A DNA stretch of 64,000 nucleotides from Candidatus Latescibacterota bacterium (GTDB lineage: Bacteria; Latescibacterota; UBA2968; UBA8231): contig CBDCXV010000002.1 in assembly GCA_965223905.1 (NCBI GenBank), positions 352,001-416,000 of the forward strand, given 5' to 3'. Within the stretch, counting starts at the first letter, position 1; the number at the start of each line of letters is the position of its first letter. A program made the position numbers and the translations under genes. The notes beneath the pieces were generated by a model. The model had not been told where the DNA came from and ran no database searches. It saw only the letters and a list, made by a program, of their open reading frames with translations. This document shows positions 29,187-40,286 of the stretch, in pieces.

Positions 29187-31121
29187 TCAGAACGGCGCGT
29201 TGGAATAAGCAGGGGTAGCCGCGTAGCGGTCGGTAGCCATGTCGAGGGTGATCTCCATCCCGGGAGGCAGGGTGACGGCGCAGTGGGTCGAGTTCACCTC
29301 GGTGCGGCGTTCTTCCAGTTTCGTCGCCGGCGGCGAGGAAGTGCCGGCGTACCCGCCCAACTGTCCCGGCCACACGCTGGTGCGGCCGCGGCTCTTCACG
29401 GTGCCGAACCGGTGCTCGCCGAAGGCGCCGGCCTGCAGTATCAACTCACGCGTTTCGGTGCCGCCGAGGTTCACCAGGCGCACCACCGTGCGCTCGGCCT
29501 CGAGCTCCTCCACCAGGGCGGCAACGCCGGGGGGCAACCCCGGGCGCCGCTGCTGCGCGTCAAAGTAGCGCAGACGCGCGTGCAGAAGGCCGCCGTTGTA
29601 TACCTGCTGCGGCGCCCCGAGGGTGAGCTGCACCAGCGCCTCCGAGGAGACCGGGTTCGCCCACTGCCAGTGGTGGACGTGGTGCCGCGTGCCGACCGAT
29701 TCGTCTTCCCGCACGAGCGCCAGCCGCCGGCGCGCGATCTGCTCGGTGGCGTGCAGGATACGCTCGGGATAGTCCGGGTTGGCGCCGGCCAGGAACCGCA
29801 CCCAGGGCGCCTCGTGGCCGCCGTCGGTCTTGCCGTGGAAGGCGCTCACCCCGTTCCAGTCGCCGCCGCTTTTTGCCTGCATCTCTTCGATGCGGCTCCA
29901 GTCCTCCTCGGCCATCGACAGGTTCCACAGGGAGATCGGCCAGACCGGGGAGGGCGGCGCCCAGTCGAACCAGCCGGCGTCGCCGTAGCGAAGGGGCACC
30001 ATGAATGTTTCGCCGCCGCCGGACGGGGCCCCGCTCGACTGCCCCGGCCCCAGGGTGTCGCGGGCGTCCTCCCGGCGCAGCTCCCCGAGCTCGAGCATGC
30101 GGTCGAGCTGGCCGCGCGGCAGGTCGAGGTAGCTCGAGTCGCGGGTCAGCAGGAAGGCGTTGGCGCCGGCGTCGAAGATGGCGGCGATCAGGGTGGCGAA
30201 GCCGTGCGGCCAGGTCCAGCCGTAGAGGCCGCCGTACCAGTTGCCGCTGCAGTACTCACCCACCTTTCCGGAGAGGCCGACATTGTCCGGGATCAGGCCG
30301 CCGTTCTCATCAGCCCTGCGCATCCAGGCCCCGGTGTACTCGACCACCCAGTCGCGGTACTTCTCTTCGCCGCTGACCAGGAAGGCGTTGGTCACCAGGG
30401 TCGTGATCGACAGGTTCGAGGCGACGTCGCCGCGGCTGTGGCGGTCGTACATCGCCTGCCCCATGGCCCTGGCTTTCTGCGGGTCGCCGAGGTCCTTCAC
30501 CGTCGTTATGCCCGGCAGGTCGAAGAAGGGGAGGCTGTAGCGCTCCATGGTGGTGCCGACAGGCGCGTACGCACGGTTCTGGCGCGATTCGGGCGGGGCG
30601 ATCCAGGCGCCGCGGCTGCCGTTCAGGGGGGACATGACGATGCGGTGCGCCGGATCGTAGTTGACCGCCTCGGGGTCCTCGTTGAGGTAGAAGCCGGCGA
30701 AGCGGCGGGCGCGCTCGCTCCATTTGTCTGCCAGCGGATTGGCGAGGCAGAGGTTGTAGAAGAAGATGTCGCTTTCCGACTGGTGGAAGTTGTCCTCCCT
30801 GATCCCGTACTCCTCGTGCACGGCGCCGAGGCGGGTGAGCTGCCGGGTGATCGCCTCCCAATGGCCCTCGGCCAGGGAGAGCATGTGCTCGGCGCCCCCC
30901 ATCATGTAGATCACCGGCCAGCTGAAGAACGGCTCGTAGTAGTCGTCGCAGCTGCCCCCGCCCCATTCGTCCCGCCAGACGAACTCGCCGTCGTCCCGGG
31001 TGAAGTGCTCGAGAAAGGGGTGGACGGAGTCGTTGAGGAGGTCGATCAGGTGGCGTTCCCACACCGCCCAGGAGGGCAGCTCGGAAACCGGGACGTCGGC
31101 GGTGATGCGGGTGTCGGTCAT
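29187..31121 (-). CDS. Conserved hypothetical 644-aa aromatic-rich protein (possible alpha/alpha-barrel carbohydrate-active enzyme)
   Basis: High-GC3 coding pattern; DDYYE, GLIPDNVG..G.VG, WYGGLYGWTWPHG motifs; sits between PhyH genes. Confidence 0.65.
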   Translation of the reverse strand: MTDTRITADVPVSELPSWAVWERHLIDLLNDSVHPFLEHFTRDDGEFVWRDEWGGGSCDDYYEPFFSWPVIYMMGGAEHMLSLAEGHWEAITRQLTRLGAVHEEYGIREDNFHQSESDIFFYNLCLANPLADKWSERARRFAGFYLNEDPEAVNYDPAHRIVMSPLNGSRGAWIAPPESRQNRAYAPVGTTMERYSLPFFDLPGITTVKDLGDPQKARAMGQAMYDRHSRGDVASNLSITTLVTNAFLVSGEEKYRDWVVEYTGAWMRRADENGGLIPDNVGLSGKVGEYCSGNWYGGLYGWTWPHGFATLIAAIFDAGANAFLLTRDSSYLDLPRGQLDRMLELGELRREDARDTLGPGQSSGAPSGGGETFMVPLRYGDAGWFDWAPPSPVWPISLWNLSMAEEDWSRIEEMQAKSGGDWNGVSAFHGKTDGGHEAPWVRFLAGANPDYPERILHATEQIARRRLALVREDESVGTRHHVHHWQWANPVSSEALVQLTLGAPQQVYNGGLLHARLRYFDAQQRRPGLPPGVAALVEELEAERTVVRLVNLGGTETRELILQAGAFGEHRFGTVKSRGRTSVWPGQLGGYAGTSSPPATKLEERRTEVNSTHCAVTLPPGMEITLDMATDRYAATPAYSNAPF

Positions 31122-31134
31122 GGGTGATTTTCGG

Positions 31135-31914
31135 CTACTGCCCGGTGGGGCGGAAGAGGGCGCGCTGCTCGTCGCTCATGTCGAGGGCGAAATCCGGCAC
31201 CTCCGAGCGGTGGTACCCAGGTCCGTGGGCCTGGGTACCGGTGTTGTACTTGTAGATGAGCGAGCGCCGCTGGTGCTCCCCCTGCCAGACCAGGGTGCCG
31301 TGGGTGACCGCCTCGGTGAAGATGACGGCGTCCCCCGGCTCGGTGTGGATCTCCTTCACGTAGTCGCGGTGCTGCTCGTACATCGCCAGGCTCTTCGGCG
31401 TCGGGAAGTGGCTCTTGTGGGATCCGGGGACGATGGCGAGACCGCCGTCGCCGGGGCCTTCGGCGGCGAGTTGGAACTCGACCACGGTGAGGCCGCAGAA
31501 CATCCGGTCGTACTTGAACTCGTAGGTCTGCGAGAAGTCCTGGCGCTCGACCGCGCCGCCGTGGAGATAGTGGCCGCCATTCCCCTTGTCCATGGCGATC
31601 AGCATGGGGCCGTGGTCGAGGCGGGGGTTGCCGAGCAGCTCTGACAGCAGGGGCCTGATGCGCGGGTGCACGAGCAGCTCGCGGAACGGCTCGCACCAGG
31701 GGCGCTCCCAGGCCAGCATCCCCTCCATCCACTTCTGCTTGGCAGTGCCCCCGAGGACCCGGGAGTCCCCCTCGAGCTTGCGGTCGGTCTCGAAGAAGGT
31801 GCCGGCGTGGCGGTCGATGGCCTCGTTGCAGCGCGCGACCTCCTCCGGGGAAAGCACCCCTCTGAGCAGGAGGTACCCCTTCAAGTCGAAGAGGAATTTC
31901 TCGTCGTCGTTCAC
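31135..31914 (-). CDS. PhyH-family Fe(II)/2OG oxygenase (HGG variant)
   Basis: FLFDLKGY, LHGG, PGSHK, GDAVIFTEAVTHGT, RR. Confidence 0.85.
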   Translation of the reverse strand: MNDDEKFLFDLKGYLLLRGVLSPEEVARCNEAIDRHAGTFFETDRKLEGDSRVLGGTAKQKWMEGMLAWERPWCEPFRELLVHPRIRPLLSELLGNPRLDHGPMLIAMDKGNGGHYLHGGAVERQDFSQTYEFKYDRMFCGLTVVEFQLAAEGPGDGGLAIVPGSHKSHFPTPKSLAMYEQHRDYVKEIHTEPGDAVIFTEAVTHGTLVWQGEHQRRSLIYKYNTGTQAHGPGYHRSEVPDFALDMSDEQRALFRPTGQ

Positions 31915-31933
31915 TTGTGTCCTGTCCCCCGGA

Positions 31934-32713
31934 TCAAACCGGGGCGCGCAGCATGCTCCGCTGCTCTTCCGTCATGTCCTGGATGTAGTCGGGGTACGAC
32001 ACCTTGAGGCGGGACAGCTCACCCCCCTGGTACCCGGGGTTGTATCCGTGCAGGAGGGTGCGCCGCTGATGCCGGCCGCGCCAGACCATGGTGCCGTGGA
32101 TGGTGATCTCGGCGAAGATCACCGCATCGCCGGCCTGGACCTCGACGTCGACGATCTCCTCCTGGCAGGCCTCGTAGTCCCTCAGGCCCTGCGGGATCGG
32201 GTAGTTGGCCTTGTGCCCGCCGGGAACCACCGCCAGGCCGCCTTCGCCCGGACCCTCGTCGGCGAGGGGAAACTCGACCAGCAGGAGGCCGCAGTAGATG
32301 TTGCCGAACTTCGCCGAGTAGGTGTACTCGAAGACCTGCCGGTCGAGGCGGCCCCCGTGCATGTAATGGCCGGCGCATCCCGGGTCCATGACGATGAGAC
32401 GCGGCGGCCCGGAGATGCGGTAACCGGAGCCGAGCAGCCCGCTGAGGTAGGGCTTGACCGCGGGCTGGACCATGAACTCCCGGAACGGCTCGCAGTGGGG
32501 TTTCTCCCAGGCGATCATCTCGTCGCACCACTTCTGCCTGACCCCGCTGGTCAGCGCCTCCGAATCCCCCTCGAATCGCCGCTCGTGCTCCTCGAGCTCG
32601 TCGAAGTGATGGTCTATGGCGCGGTTGGCGCGGGCGATGATGTCGGGATCGACCACGTCCCTGAGGACGAGGTATCCGGTGAGGTCGAAGAGGTATTTCT
32701 CGTCGTCGGTCAT
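31934..32713 (-). CDS. PhyH-family Fe(II)/2OG oxygenase (HGG variant)
   Basis: YLFDLTGY, MHGG, PGGHK, GDAVIFAEITIHGT, RR. Confidence 0.85.
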   Translation of the reverse strand: MTDDEKYLFDLTGYLVLRDVVDPDIIARANRAIDHHFDELEEHERRFEGDSEALTSGVRQKWCDEMIAWEKPHCEPFREFMVQPAVKPYLSGLLGSGYRISGPPRLIVMDPGCAGHYMHGGRLDRQVFEYTYSAKFGNIYCGLLLVEFPLADEGPGEGGLAVVPGGHKANYPIPQGLRDYEACQEEIVDVEVQAGDAVIFAEITIHGTMVWRGRHQRRTLLHGYNPGYQGGELSRLKVSYPDYIQDMTEEQRSMLRAPV

Positions 32714-32994
32714 TGGTTCAGTCGCTGTTCATGAAGAGAATCATCAAATCGTGCAGCCGCCGTTAATTCCCGGAAGCAGGGAGTTCCTTCTTGGCAGCGG
32801 CGGATGCCACCGTCTTCCCGTATGCTCAGGATTTGCTTCTTCGCGAGCGGGTCGCCGACAAGGTACGCCGAACCGGTCGTGCTGCAACGCCTGTGCCTGG
32901 GGTCGACGAGGCCCTGCAGGTTTTCCCGGGATTCCGGCAGGCGGGAACCGGCCGGCTACGCCCGACCGTGGCTCCTGAGGTTCCGGGTGATAAA

Positions 32995-33013
32995 CGCCAC
33001 GGAGCAGGACCGG
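32995..33013 (+). repeat. 19-bp direct repeat, copy 1 (CGCCACGGAGCAGGACCGG)
   Basis: Identical to 38128-38146. Confidence 0.75.
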
Positions 33014-33067
33014 GATGCAGCGTCGCCAAGGCTGGCCGGGCGTCACCTCCCCGCTGGCGGAAGGTTC

Positions 33068-36000
33068 TCACTTCACCAGCAATACTTTCCGGGTTACCAC
33101 ATCCCTTCCATCGCGCAACCGGAGCGCGTATACACCGCTGGCGAGCGTTCTCCCGCGGTCGTCGCGGCCGTCCCATCGCAGCGCATATTGTCCGGCAGTC
33201 ATTTCCCTGTCGACCAGACTGCGGACCGACTGTCCGGCGAGATTGTAGACTGTCAAGCGGACATGGCTTGCAGCTGCTATCCCGTATGGAATGGTCACGG
33301 TCGAGTTGAACGGGTTCGGATAGGCAGGTCGCAGCGTCAGCTTCGCTGGCAGAGCAGGCCACCCGGTGCCTGCGGAGGAGACGACGGTAGAAGGATCCGT
33401 CATCTCCGATATCGACCTCAGCACGATGCTGCCGTCCCTGGCACCCGAAGCCAGGCGTTCCGAGTCCGGGCTGAACCGAAACGCGGTTATCGCGGTTGTG
33501 TGCCCCGGTGAACTTCCGGCAGGCATGTACTGCCGGGTGTCCCACAGCTTCACAACCGCGCTGTCGCTTCCCGTTGCCATCCATCGCCCATCGGGACTGA
33601 AGGCCAGGGCGGAAATTCCTCCGGGCCCCGCTCTCAGAACCGCCGGGTTCCTGCCGGTGGCAACGTTCCACACCCGCACTTCTCCATCGCCGGCCCCCGA
33701 GGCCAGATAACTCCCGTCGTGGTTGAACGCGAGGACCGATGCCGGCCGCTCGTGACCTTCGAGAACCCGGGTCTGCAGCTGGCTCCCGAGGTCCCGGATC
33801 CGAATGGTGCCGTCCGCGGCCAGGGCGATGACCTCCTCGGAGGGGCTGAACGCCAGTGCGGTTACGTTGGAACCAGCGGTCGGGACGACCCCGAATCGTT
33901 CGTCCTCGGTCACGTTCCAGATACGGACCTCCGGCTCCTCAAATGCCACGGATGCGAGGAGGCGGCCGCTTGGACTCAGGGAAAGTACCATCCTGCGATC
34001 GGTATGCGGTGGAAGGGCGATCAGCTCCTGTCCCTGGTCCATGTCCCATACACGTAGATCCTTGTCAACCCTCTGTACCAGAATGCGCCCATCTTGGCTG
34101 GAACTTACAACTCGACGGCCATATGAATACCCTCTCAGGGCTTCAATCGATGTTCCATTGCTGTATGAGGAACGACCCCTCACATCCCACTCTTCGAGGT
34201 GGCCATCTGCGTGACCGGCAGTCAGCGCGTTTCCATTGCCGCTGAAGACGAGCGATACTACCGCGGCACCCATGTCATTGAATCCGTCGACAGAGCCGAT
34301 CTCACTGCCGTGGAAGGGGTCCCACACTCTCCAACGGGAGAGGGATGATCCTGCGAGGAAAACCCGGTCCTCCGGGCCGTTGGCAAAAAGAAGCGGGGAC
34401 TGCAGGTCCTCCAATGCAGCCAAGCGGCGATCGTGCTCAACGTCCCAAAAAAGAGCACTGGTGCTTGAACTCCATCTGGTGGCCGCCAATAACCCGCCGC
34501 GGCGGCTGAAGACTGCTCGATACCACGGAACGGAGCCTGAATCTTCAAGATAGGTCCCATCCAGAACGTCAATCTCGTGAAGCTGCTGGACGCGCCACAG
34601 TCTCATCGGGCCATTCCCCTCGCGGGCAACCAGGATCTCCCCATCAGCGTTGAATCCGGGCGAGGCGAGTTTGCGTACTGACCCGACGCGCTCCCAGGAG
34701 GCTGTATCCCAGAGGTCCACCCCGCGCCTGGTACCGGTCAGTATCCAGCGGCCCGAGAGATCGAACGCGATCGATCTCACATCGCTTCGTGCACGCAACA
34801 CCACCTGTGGCTTTCCGTCCAGCCGCCAAACGCGGATCATTTCGAACCCACCGACTTCGTCCCAACCGCCGGAGGCCAGACTGTTTCCATCGGGGCTGAA
34901 AGCCAGCACAAACACGCCACCGTCGTGGCTTTCCCATTTCTCAACCACCTGACGGCTGATCAGGTCCCAGATCCGCACGATTCCCTCATCATCGCCGGTT
35001 GCCAGGTAGCGGCCGTCCGGACTGAGCGCCACCGATCGGACTTCGCGTCCATCCCTGAGAAAACCTGCAATCCTCAGTGCGGTTGCATCATACAGCCACA
35101 CACCTGTGCTGGAGCCCACGGCCACGGTACCGCCGTCCATTGAGAATGCGACGTCATGCAGTCTTCCTTTGTTCAGGAAGACACTTGCCAAGCCGTCGTT
35201 TTCAGCATCGCGATCGTGGACGAGCACCAACTGATTTCGGCTGCGGCCCTTGTTTCCTTCCGAGTCTTCGGACTGTACGTGCGCTAGATAGGCGCCAGGT
35301 AGGGAATTCTCCCATCTCCCTTCGAGACGACCATCCGAAAAAGTCAGAGGAACCTGTGCGACCCGGAGGGAGTCGGCGGCAGAATACAGAACGACAGATG
35401 CGGAAGCGATCGGGCTCGCCTCCGCAAGCTTATGCTCCGGCAGGTAGAGCCTCAGTGCGGGGCCGTTCTGCCGCGCCTGCAGCAACCCGACCCGGGGTGG
35501 AGTGCGGTCGCCTCCGGGCATGACGGGAACTTCAACAGGGCCCAGCCAATTACCCCGTTCGCTGGCCATCTCCAGCTCGAACTGCAGTGACTCCTGCGAT
35601 TTCACCCCGGGCAGGAGCAGGAACTCGGGACCGTTACCCAACGTGACTTGGCCTTCGGCAGTAGCTCTCGAGGAGAATCTCGAGGCACTCACCTGTACGA
35701 CATCCGGATCGAGAGGCCTGAGAGAGATTAGAAAAGGTCGTATGCTTTCTGCCGAGTCCATTCGGAGGGTGATCAACAGACGTATGATTTCACCTGCCCG
35801 AGCCGCGCCGTCGCCGTCGCCTGCTTGCTCCGCAACGGTCACTGACTCTATTCGCTGTCTGGGAGAGACGGCGGTCACGGGAATTTCCCGTCGTCCGACC
35901 ATCCCTTGATCCGAGTGGAATGCTCACTACAATCGACGCCGAGCGGTCGCCGACGAAGCCTGGCGAGAATCGAATCGACGGAATCTTCAATCTCCGTCGC

Positions 36001-37632
36001 GATTGGCCCACGCTGAGATCCTCGAGGGCAAGGGCCTCCAGGGGAAGATGCAGCAGAGGGTCCTCGGTGCTCAGTCTCAGGATGAGCCCGGTGGCGGAGA
36101 GCTGTCCTGTATTCGTGATATCGAAACGGAGGTCGGACGGTTCATCGGCGACAATGAAGCCGTCCCCGTCTTCGTCCGTCAGCCTCAGGTTGTCGATTTC
36201 CACAATGGGCGGAACCGTCAGCACCTCTGCAACAGCTGAGCCGGCCGCCAGTCGAACGTCGCGAATGTCCACACTCAGGCGGCCGTCCTCGCTGTAGGAA
36301 CCCGGATTCGAAAGCGTGGAAAACTCGCGGAACGTCGGGCCATCGAAGACATCGGTGGCGTCGCCGAGATTGCCGGCATGAGCCGAGGCATAGGCGGCAT
36401 CCTGGGCCCAGAAGTCCAGGTTGTCGGCGCCGCTGTCCGGGTCAGCCTCCACTCCCAGGGGATAGCCGGCATCCCGCCATCTCCCGTCGGCGCATTCGAG
36501 GTCGACGAAAATCCTGCGCCCCCTGCCTAGTTCGGGATCACCCGGCTTTCTTCCCCCGTGCCAGATAAGGATTCCCCCACCCGGAACATTCCTGTCGTAG
36601 TAGGTGCTTCCTCGGGTGCGGTACTCCAGCAGGAAATACTCCTCGCGGGTGAGTGGCAACTTGTAGACGGCACCCGCAATGCCGACGTCCTCGAACTTCA
36701 TCTCCGAGTTTCCTCGAGGCGGTTCCGACACGTTTGCCCACCCGAGCTGGAGGCGGCTCCAGGCGCTGAAGCTGGTGGGGCCGTCATTCCCGTTCCAACC
36801 CCGGGCGCCCCACCCCATCAACCCCCAGGCGCCTATACCGGCCGAGTCTTCCTCCGGGCCCAGCGGCTCGTCACTCTTCAGAAACCGCCAGTTGTACAAA
36901 TCGGGCAGCCCAAGCACGTGACCGTATTCGTGGCACAGGGCTCCAATCGCAGCGGAGTAAGAGGCGCCTTTTTGAATGGTGCCTTGCCATGGGCTTAATG
37001 AGGATGGATGTGCCACCGTATGCATCGTCCTTGGTGGTAAAATCCGATTCGAGCCCGAGATGGCCGACGCCGGTGCTCCCGCGGATTATGAAATTCTCGG
37101 GCACCGAATCCGGGATGATGAAAACGACATCGACGAAACCGTCATCGTCGCCGGAGTTGGGCACCCCATCCGGGCCGTCATTGTCGAACAGGGAAAAGTC
37201 GATGTCCCGGTCGGCATCCTGAAGGATTTCGGAAACGAAGTCGGCGTACCGGCCATGCTCTCCAGCCGACCCGAGGTAGTGGCCGGCTCGGTGGGCGGAC
37301 TCGTAGCGCCTTGCGGCGACCTCTCCTCTGACTCGCAGGGCCCCAAACGACATCGTGTCGAAAAAGTGACTGAAACTGCCCGGCTTTTCGGCGTTGAAAA
37401 TATCCCTCGCCCACTCCGGTACCGGGCTCCCCTCGAGCGCCTCCCCTTTGAACTTGGCGAAAATGGCCACGGCTCTTCGTGTTCCTGCGGTGTTCTGCGC
37501 CGCCGTGGGCTTGGCGCTGGCAGTCAGCCCGGCTGTGGCGGGCTCATGCCCGGCTGCGCCGGCGCACAGGAAGACATCGGCGTCTGCCACGACACTGAGT
37601 AACAGGATGAAAGAGGAAAGGACCTGAAACAT
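33068..37632 (-). CDS. Secreted M6 (immune inhibitor A-type) metalloprotease with Ig-like domains, WD40 propellers and a T9SS/FlgD-type C-terminal domain; split by two +1 frameshifts
   Basis: FDNDGPDG.PNSGDDDGFVD, HEYGHVLGLPDLY, W.LM, many FSPDG..LASG..DG..R.W repeats, YPNPFN...WDGRDD.G..LASGVY...KVLLVK; frame breaks near 36992 and 35917. Confidence 0.8.
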
Positions 37633-38127
37633 TGGTTTTAGGAAATCTCCGATTACTTTTTTAAGGGGAACCCTTTTAAAGTTTACACCACTCTCAAAGG
37701 AAAAATGACACCTGTTTTACCGCTTCCCGTACTAAGTTTTCGGGCAAGCTTTCCTTGTCAATATTTTATAATTGAAGGTAAAGAAAATACAAAGGGGGGC
37801 GGGCCGTCATCAGGTTGGGTGGAACGGCCGCAATGACCAGTCGTGCCCCGCGGGGCTCTGACTGACCAGTCGAGGTTTCAACCAGCGAAAGAGATTTCGA
37901 GCGCCTGTAGTGCGTTGCCGTTGTCTATTGAAACGGCGATCCGAGGGAGTCGTAAGTAGCCTTGGTGCCCCCGCGCGAGCACGAACCAAGGAGCCGGACG
38001 GGAGTCGACCTCACTCACGCGGAGGTGGGCCTAGGAGCACAGGTCGGTGTTCCCGGATCGCCTGTGCCGGCGTACAGGGTCTATCTCCTCGCCTCCGAGT
38101 CAGCGGTAGGAACCGGGGGGTAACCAG

Positions 38128-38146
38128 CGCCACGGAGCAGGACCGG
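38128..38146 (+). repeat. 19-bp direct repeat, copy 2
   Basis: Identical to 32995-33013. Confidence 0.75.
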
Positions 38147-38265
38147 CGAGTTCACGCTCAACGGCAAGCTGCCCGACAGCCTGTTGCGGATGATCAACCG
38201 AATGTGCATGATGTGCGCCGCGCTACCGTACCAGCACGCAACAAAGTAGAAACGGAGGCAGAAAG

Positions 38266-39321
38266 ATGCCGGGCATCGAAGTACTCGACAGCGGCCATGT
38301 GGACCGCAACGACTCCGCTTTTTCCACGGTGGTGAGACTGGACGACGGCGACCTCGTCTGCGGCTACAGCGTCGGCGGCGGAGCCCACGTGTCCGGGGGC
38401 ACGCACTGCTCGCGATCGAGCGACGGCGGCCGCACCTGGTCCTGGCAGGGGGCGGTGCTCGAGCCGACCGAGAACCCGCTGACCACCAACCACCTGCGCC
38501 TGAGCCGCACCGCGGACGGCACCATCCTCGCCTACGGCCAGCGGGACCAGAAGGAGGAGTCGGGCAATAGGAGCCGGGACCTGTCCTGCGACCCGGTGCT
38601 CTGCCGTTCAACCGACGGCGGTCGCACCTGGTCGGCGCTGCAGGTTATCCCCTTCCGGATGCCCGGCCCCTACGAGATCTCCAACTCCATTGTCGTCGCC
38701 GGGGACGGCGCCTGGCTGGCGCCGGCCGCTACCTTCCACGAGGGCCGCTACGGCGAGCGGGTGGTCCTGCACGAGTCCCGCGACCAGGGGGCCACCTGGC
38801 CGGAGATGCACACCGTGTTCGAGGACCCCGAGGGGAAGATCGGGTACCTCGAACAGAAGGTGATCGAGTGCGACCCGGGGCGCCTGCTGGCGGTAGCCTG
38901 GGTGCAGGACTTCGAGAGGGACACCGACCTCAAGAACCGGTACAGCTTTTCCGACGACGGCGGCCGCACCTGGGACGGACCGCATTCGACGGAGATCCAG
39001 GGGCAGACCATGACCCCGGTCTGGCTGGGGGGCGACCGCTTCCTCGTGCTCTACAACCGGCGCTTCGGAGAGCAGAGCGTGCAGATGTGCCTGGTGCGCG
39101 CCGCGGCCGGCCGCTGGGAGGTCGAGTTCGAGGGGACCATGTACGACGGCCGCGCCCGCCTGGAGCTGACCGAGGAGATCAGCAGCCAGGAGCAGATCGG
39201 CCTGATCCGCTTCGGTTTTCCCACGGCCGTGCGTCTCGACGAGGAGACCTTTCTGGCCACCCACTGGTGCGAGGAGGAGGGGGTGTGCGGCATCCGCTGG
39301 ACGCGGCTGCGGGTGGCGTGA
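38266..39321 (+). CDS. Sialidase/BNR (Asp-box) repeat protein
   Basis: Four SxDxGxTW Asp boxes; FGFP near the C-terminus. Confidence 0.8.
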   Translation: MPGIEVLDSGHVDRNDSAFSTVVRLDDGDLVCGYSVGGGAHVSGGTHCSRSSDGGRTWSWQGAVLEPTENPLTTNHLRLSRTADGTILAYGQRDQKEESGNRSRDLSCDPVLCRSTDGGRTWSALQVIPFRMPGPYEISNSIVVAGDGAWLAPAATFHEGRYGERVVLHESRDQGATWPEMHTVFEDPEGKIGYLEQKVIECDPGRLLAVAWVQDFERDTDLKNRYSFSDDGGRTWDGPHSTEIQGQTMTPVWLGGDRFLVLYNRRFGEQSVQMCLVRAAAGRWEVEFEGTMYDGRARLELTEEISSQEQIGLIRFGFPTAVRLDEETFLATHWCEEEGVCGIRWTRLRVA

Positions 39322-39812
39322 TACCGGCGGACCGCGGGATCGCCTGACTTCCACAAGACCCCTTCCGGCCCGAAGCGCCCCATCCCCCGGCGTAGTTCGA
39401 GCCCGCTCCCGCCATGCGGCGGTACCCGTGCCTGCCGCGCCCGGCCCTGGCCGGCGAGTTCGGCGACCCCGAAGTGCTGGCTTCCCCGGCGCTGCCAGTT
39501 CCGGGGACCAAGGGCGGCTCGAAGGAGTCGGTCCGCTCCTCGCCGTCCCACAGCATCGCGATTTCGTCTACGGGGTTAGCTCCTCCAGGCAGAGCAGGCA
39601 GGCGGAGCGCACTGCCCCGGAAACGGCCTGCCCGAGATCGCCGCCGAACCTGCGTCGCAGAAGCCGGTGCAGGTCGGGCCCATCCCGCCTGTGCCGGCCG
39701 CTTTTCTACATGTCCTGGAAGGAAGTCGCAGGACCCGGCCTCCAAGACAAAGGCTCGCCCCCTTCCTCGTTTCCCGGCGGTGCCTTTAATTGAACCCCCG
39801 CAAGGACAGTCA

Positions 39813-40286
39813 GTGGAAATACGAAGAGCCCAGCCAGCCGATTTCCTCACCGTCGCCGCCCTCGACCGCGAGGCCTGGAAGCAGGGGGAGAACGCCGAGT
39901 TCATCCCCGACGGCGAGCACGCCTGGCGCATCTGGATCGAGCACGCCGTCGTCTTCTGCGCCGAGAGCGGCGGCCGCGTGGTCGGGGCAGTGGTCGCCTT
40001 CCCCTGCACGAGCGGCTCCTACTGCCTGCACAAGGTGTTCGTCGAGGCCGGCTTGCGGGGGCGGGGGATCGGCAGCCGGCTGTTCGACCAGCTGCTCGAG
40101 GAGATCGACGCCATGGGCCTGCCGGTATTCCTCACGGTATCTCCGGGCAACGACGCGGCCCTGGCGCTGTACGAAAAGTGGGGCTTCACCGAACGGCGGT
40201 TCGTCGCCGGGTACTACCGCCCCAGCGAGGACCGGTTCGTGCTGACGAGACCGGCGAGAATAACAGGGAGAGCAACGGAGAGATGA
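39813..40286 (+). CDS. GNAT acetyltransferase
   Basis: IRRA, RGRGIGS, N.AALALYEKWGF; GTG start after AGGA. Confidence 0.85.
   Translation: MEIRRAQPADFLTVAALDREAWKQGENAEFIPDGEHAWRIWIEHAVVFCAESGGRVVGAVVAFPCTSGSYCLHKVFVEAGLRGRGIGSRLFDQLLEEIDAMGLPVFLTVSPGNDAALALYEKWGFTERRFVAGYYRPSEDRFVLTRPARITGRATER

Noticed and set aside
28377-31127. 916-aa + strand ORF, and similar long antisense ORFs (26825-28531 alternate frame, 46001-47473, 41277-42464)
   Set aside because: Shadow ORFs of high-GC genes; no motifs, and the opposite strand or other frame carries the recognisable proteins.
35900-37000. Programmed frameshifting or phase variation in the M6 protease gene
   Set aside because: Breaks are in 2-3 nt runs without slippery heptamers or long homopolymers; sequencing error or pseudogenisation is more parsimonious.
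39322-39812. Possible gene fragment on the - strand (NPVDEIAMLWDGEER...)
   Set aside because: No family could be recognised and there is no coherent start or stop.
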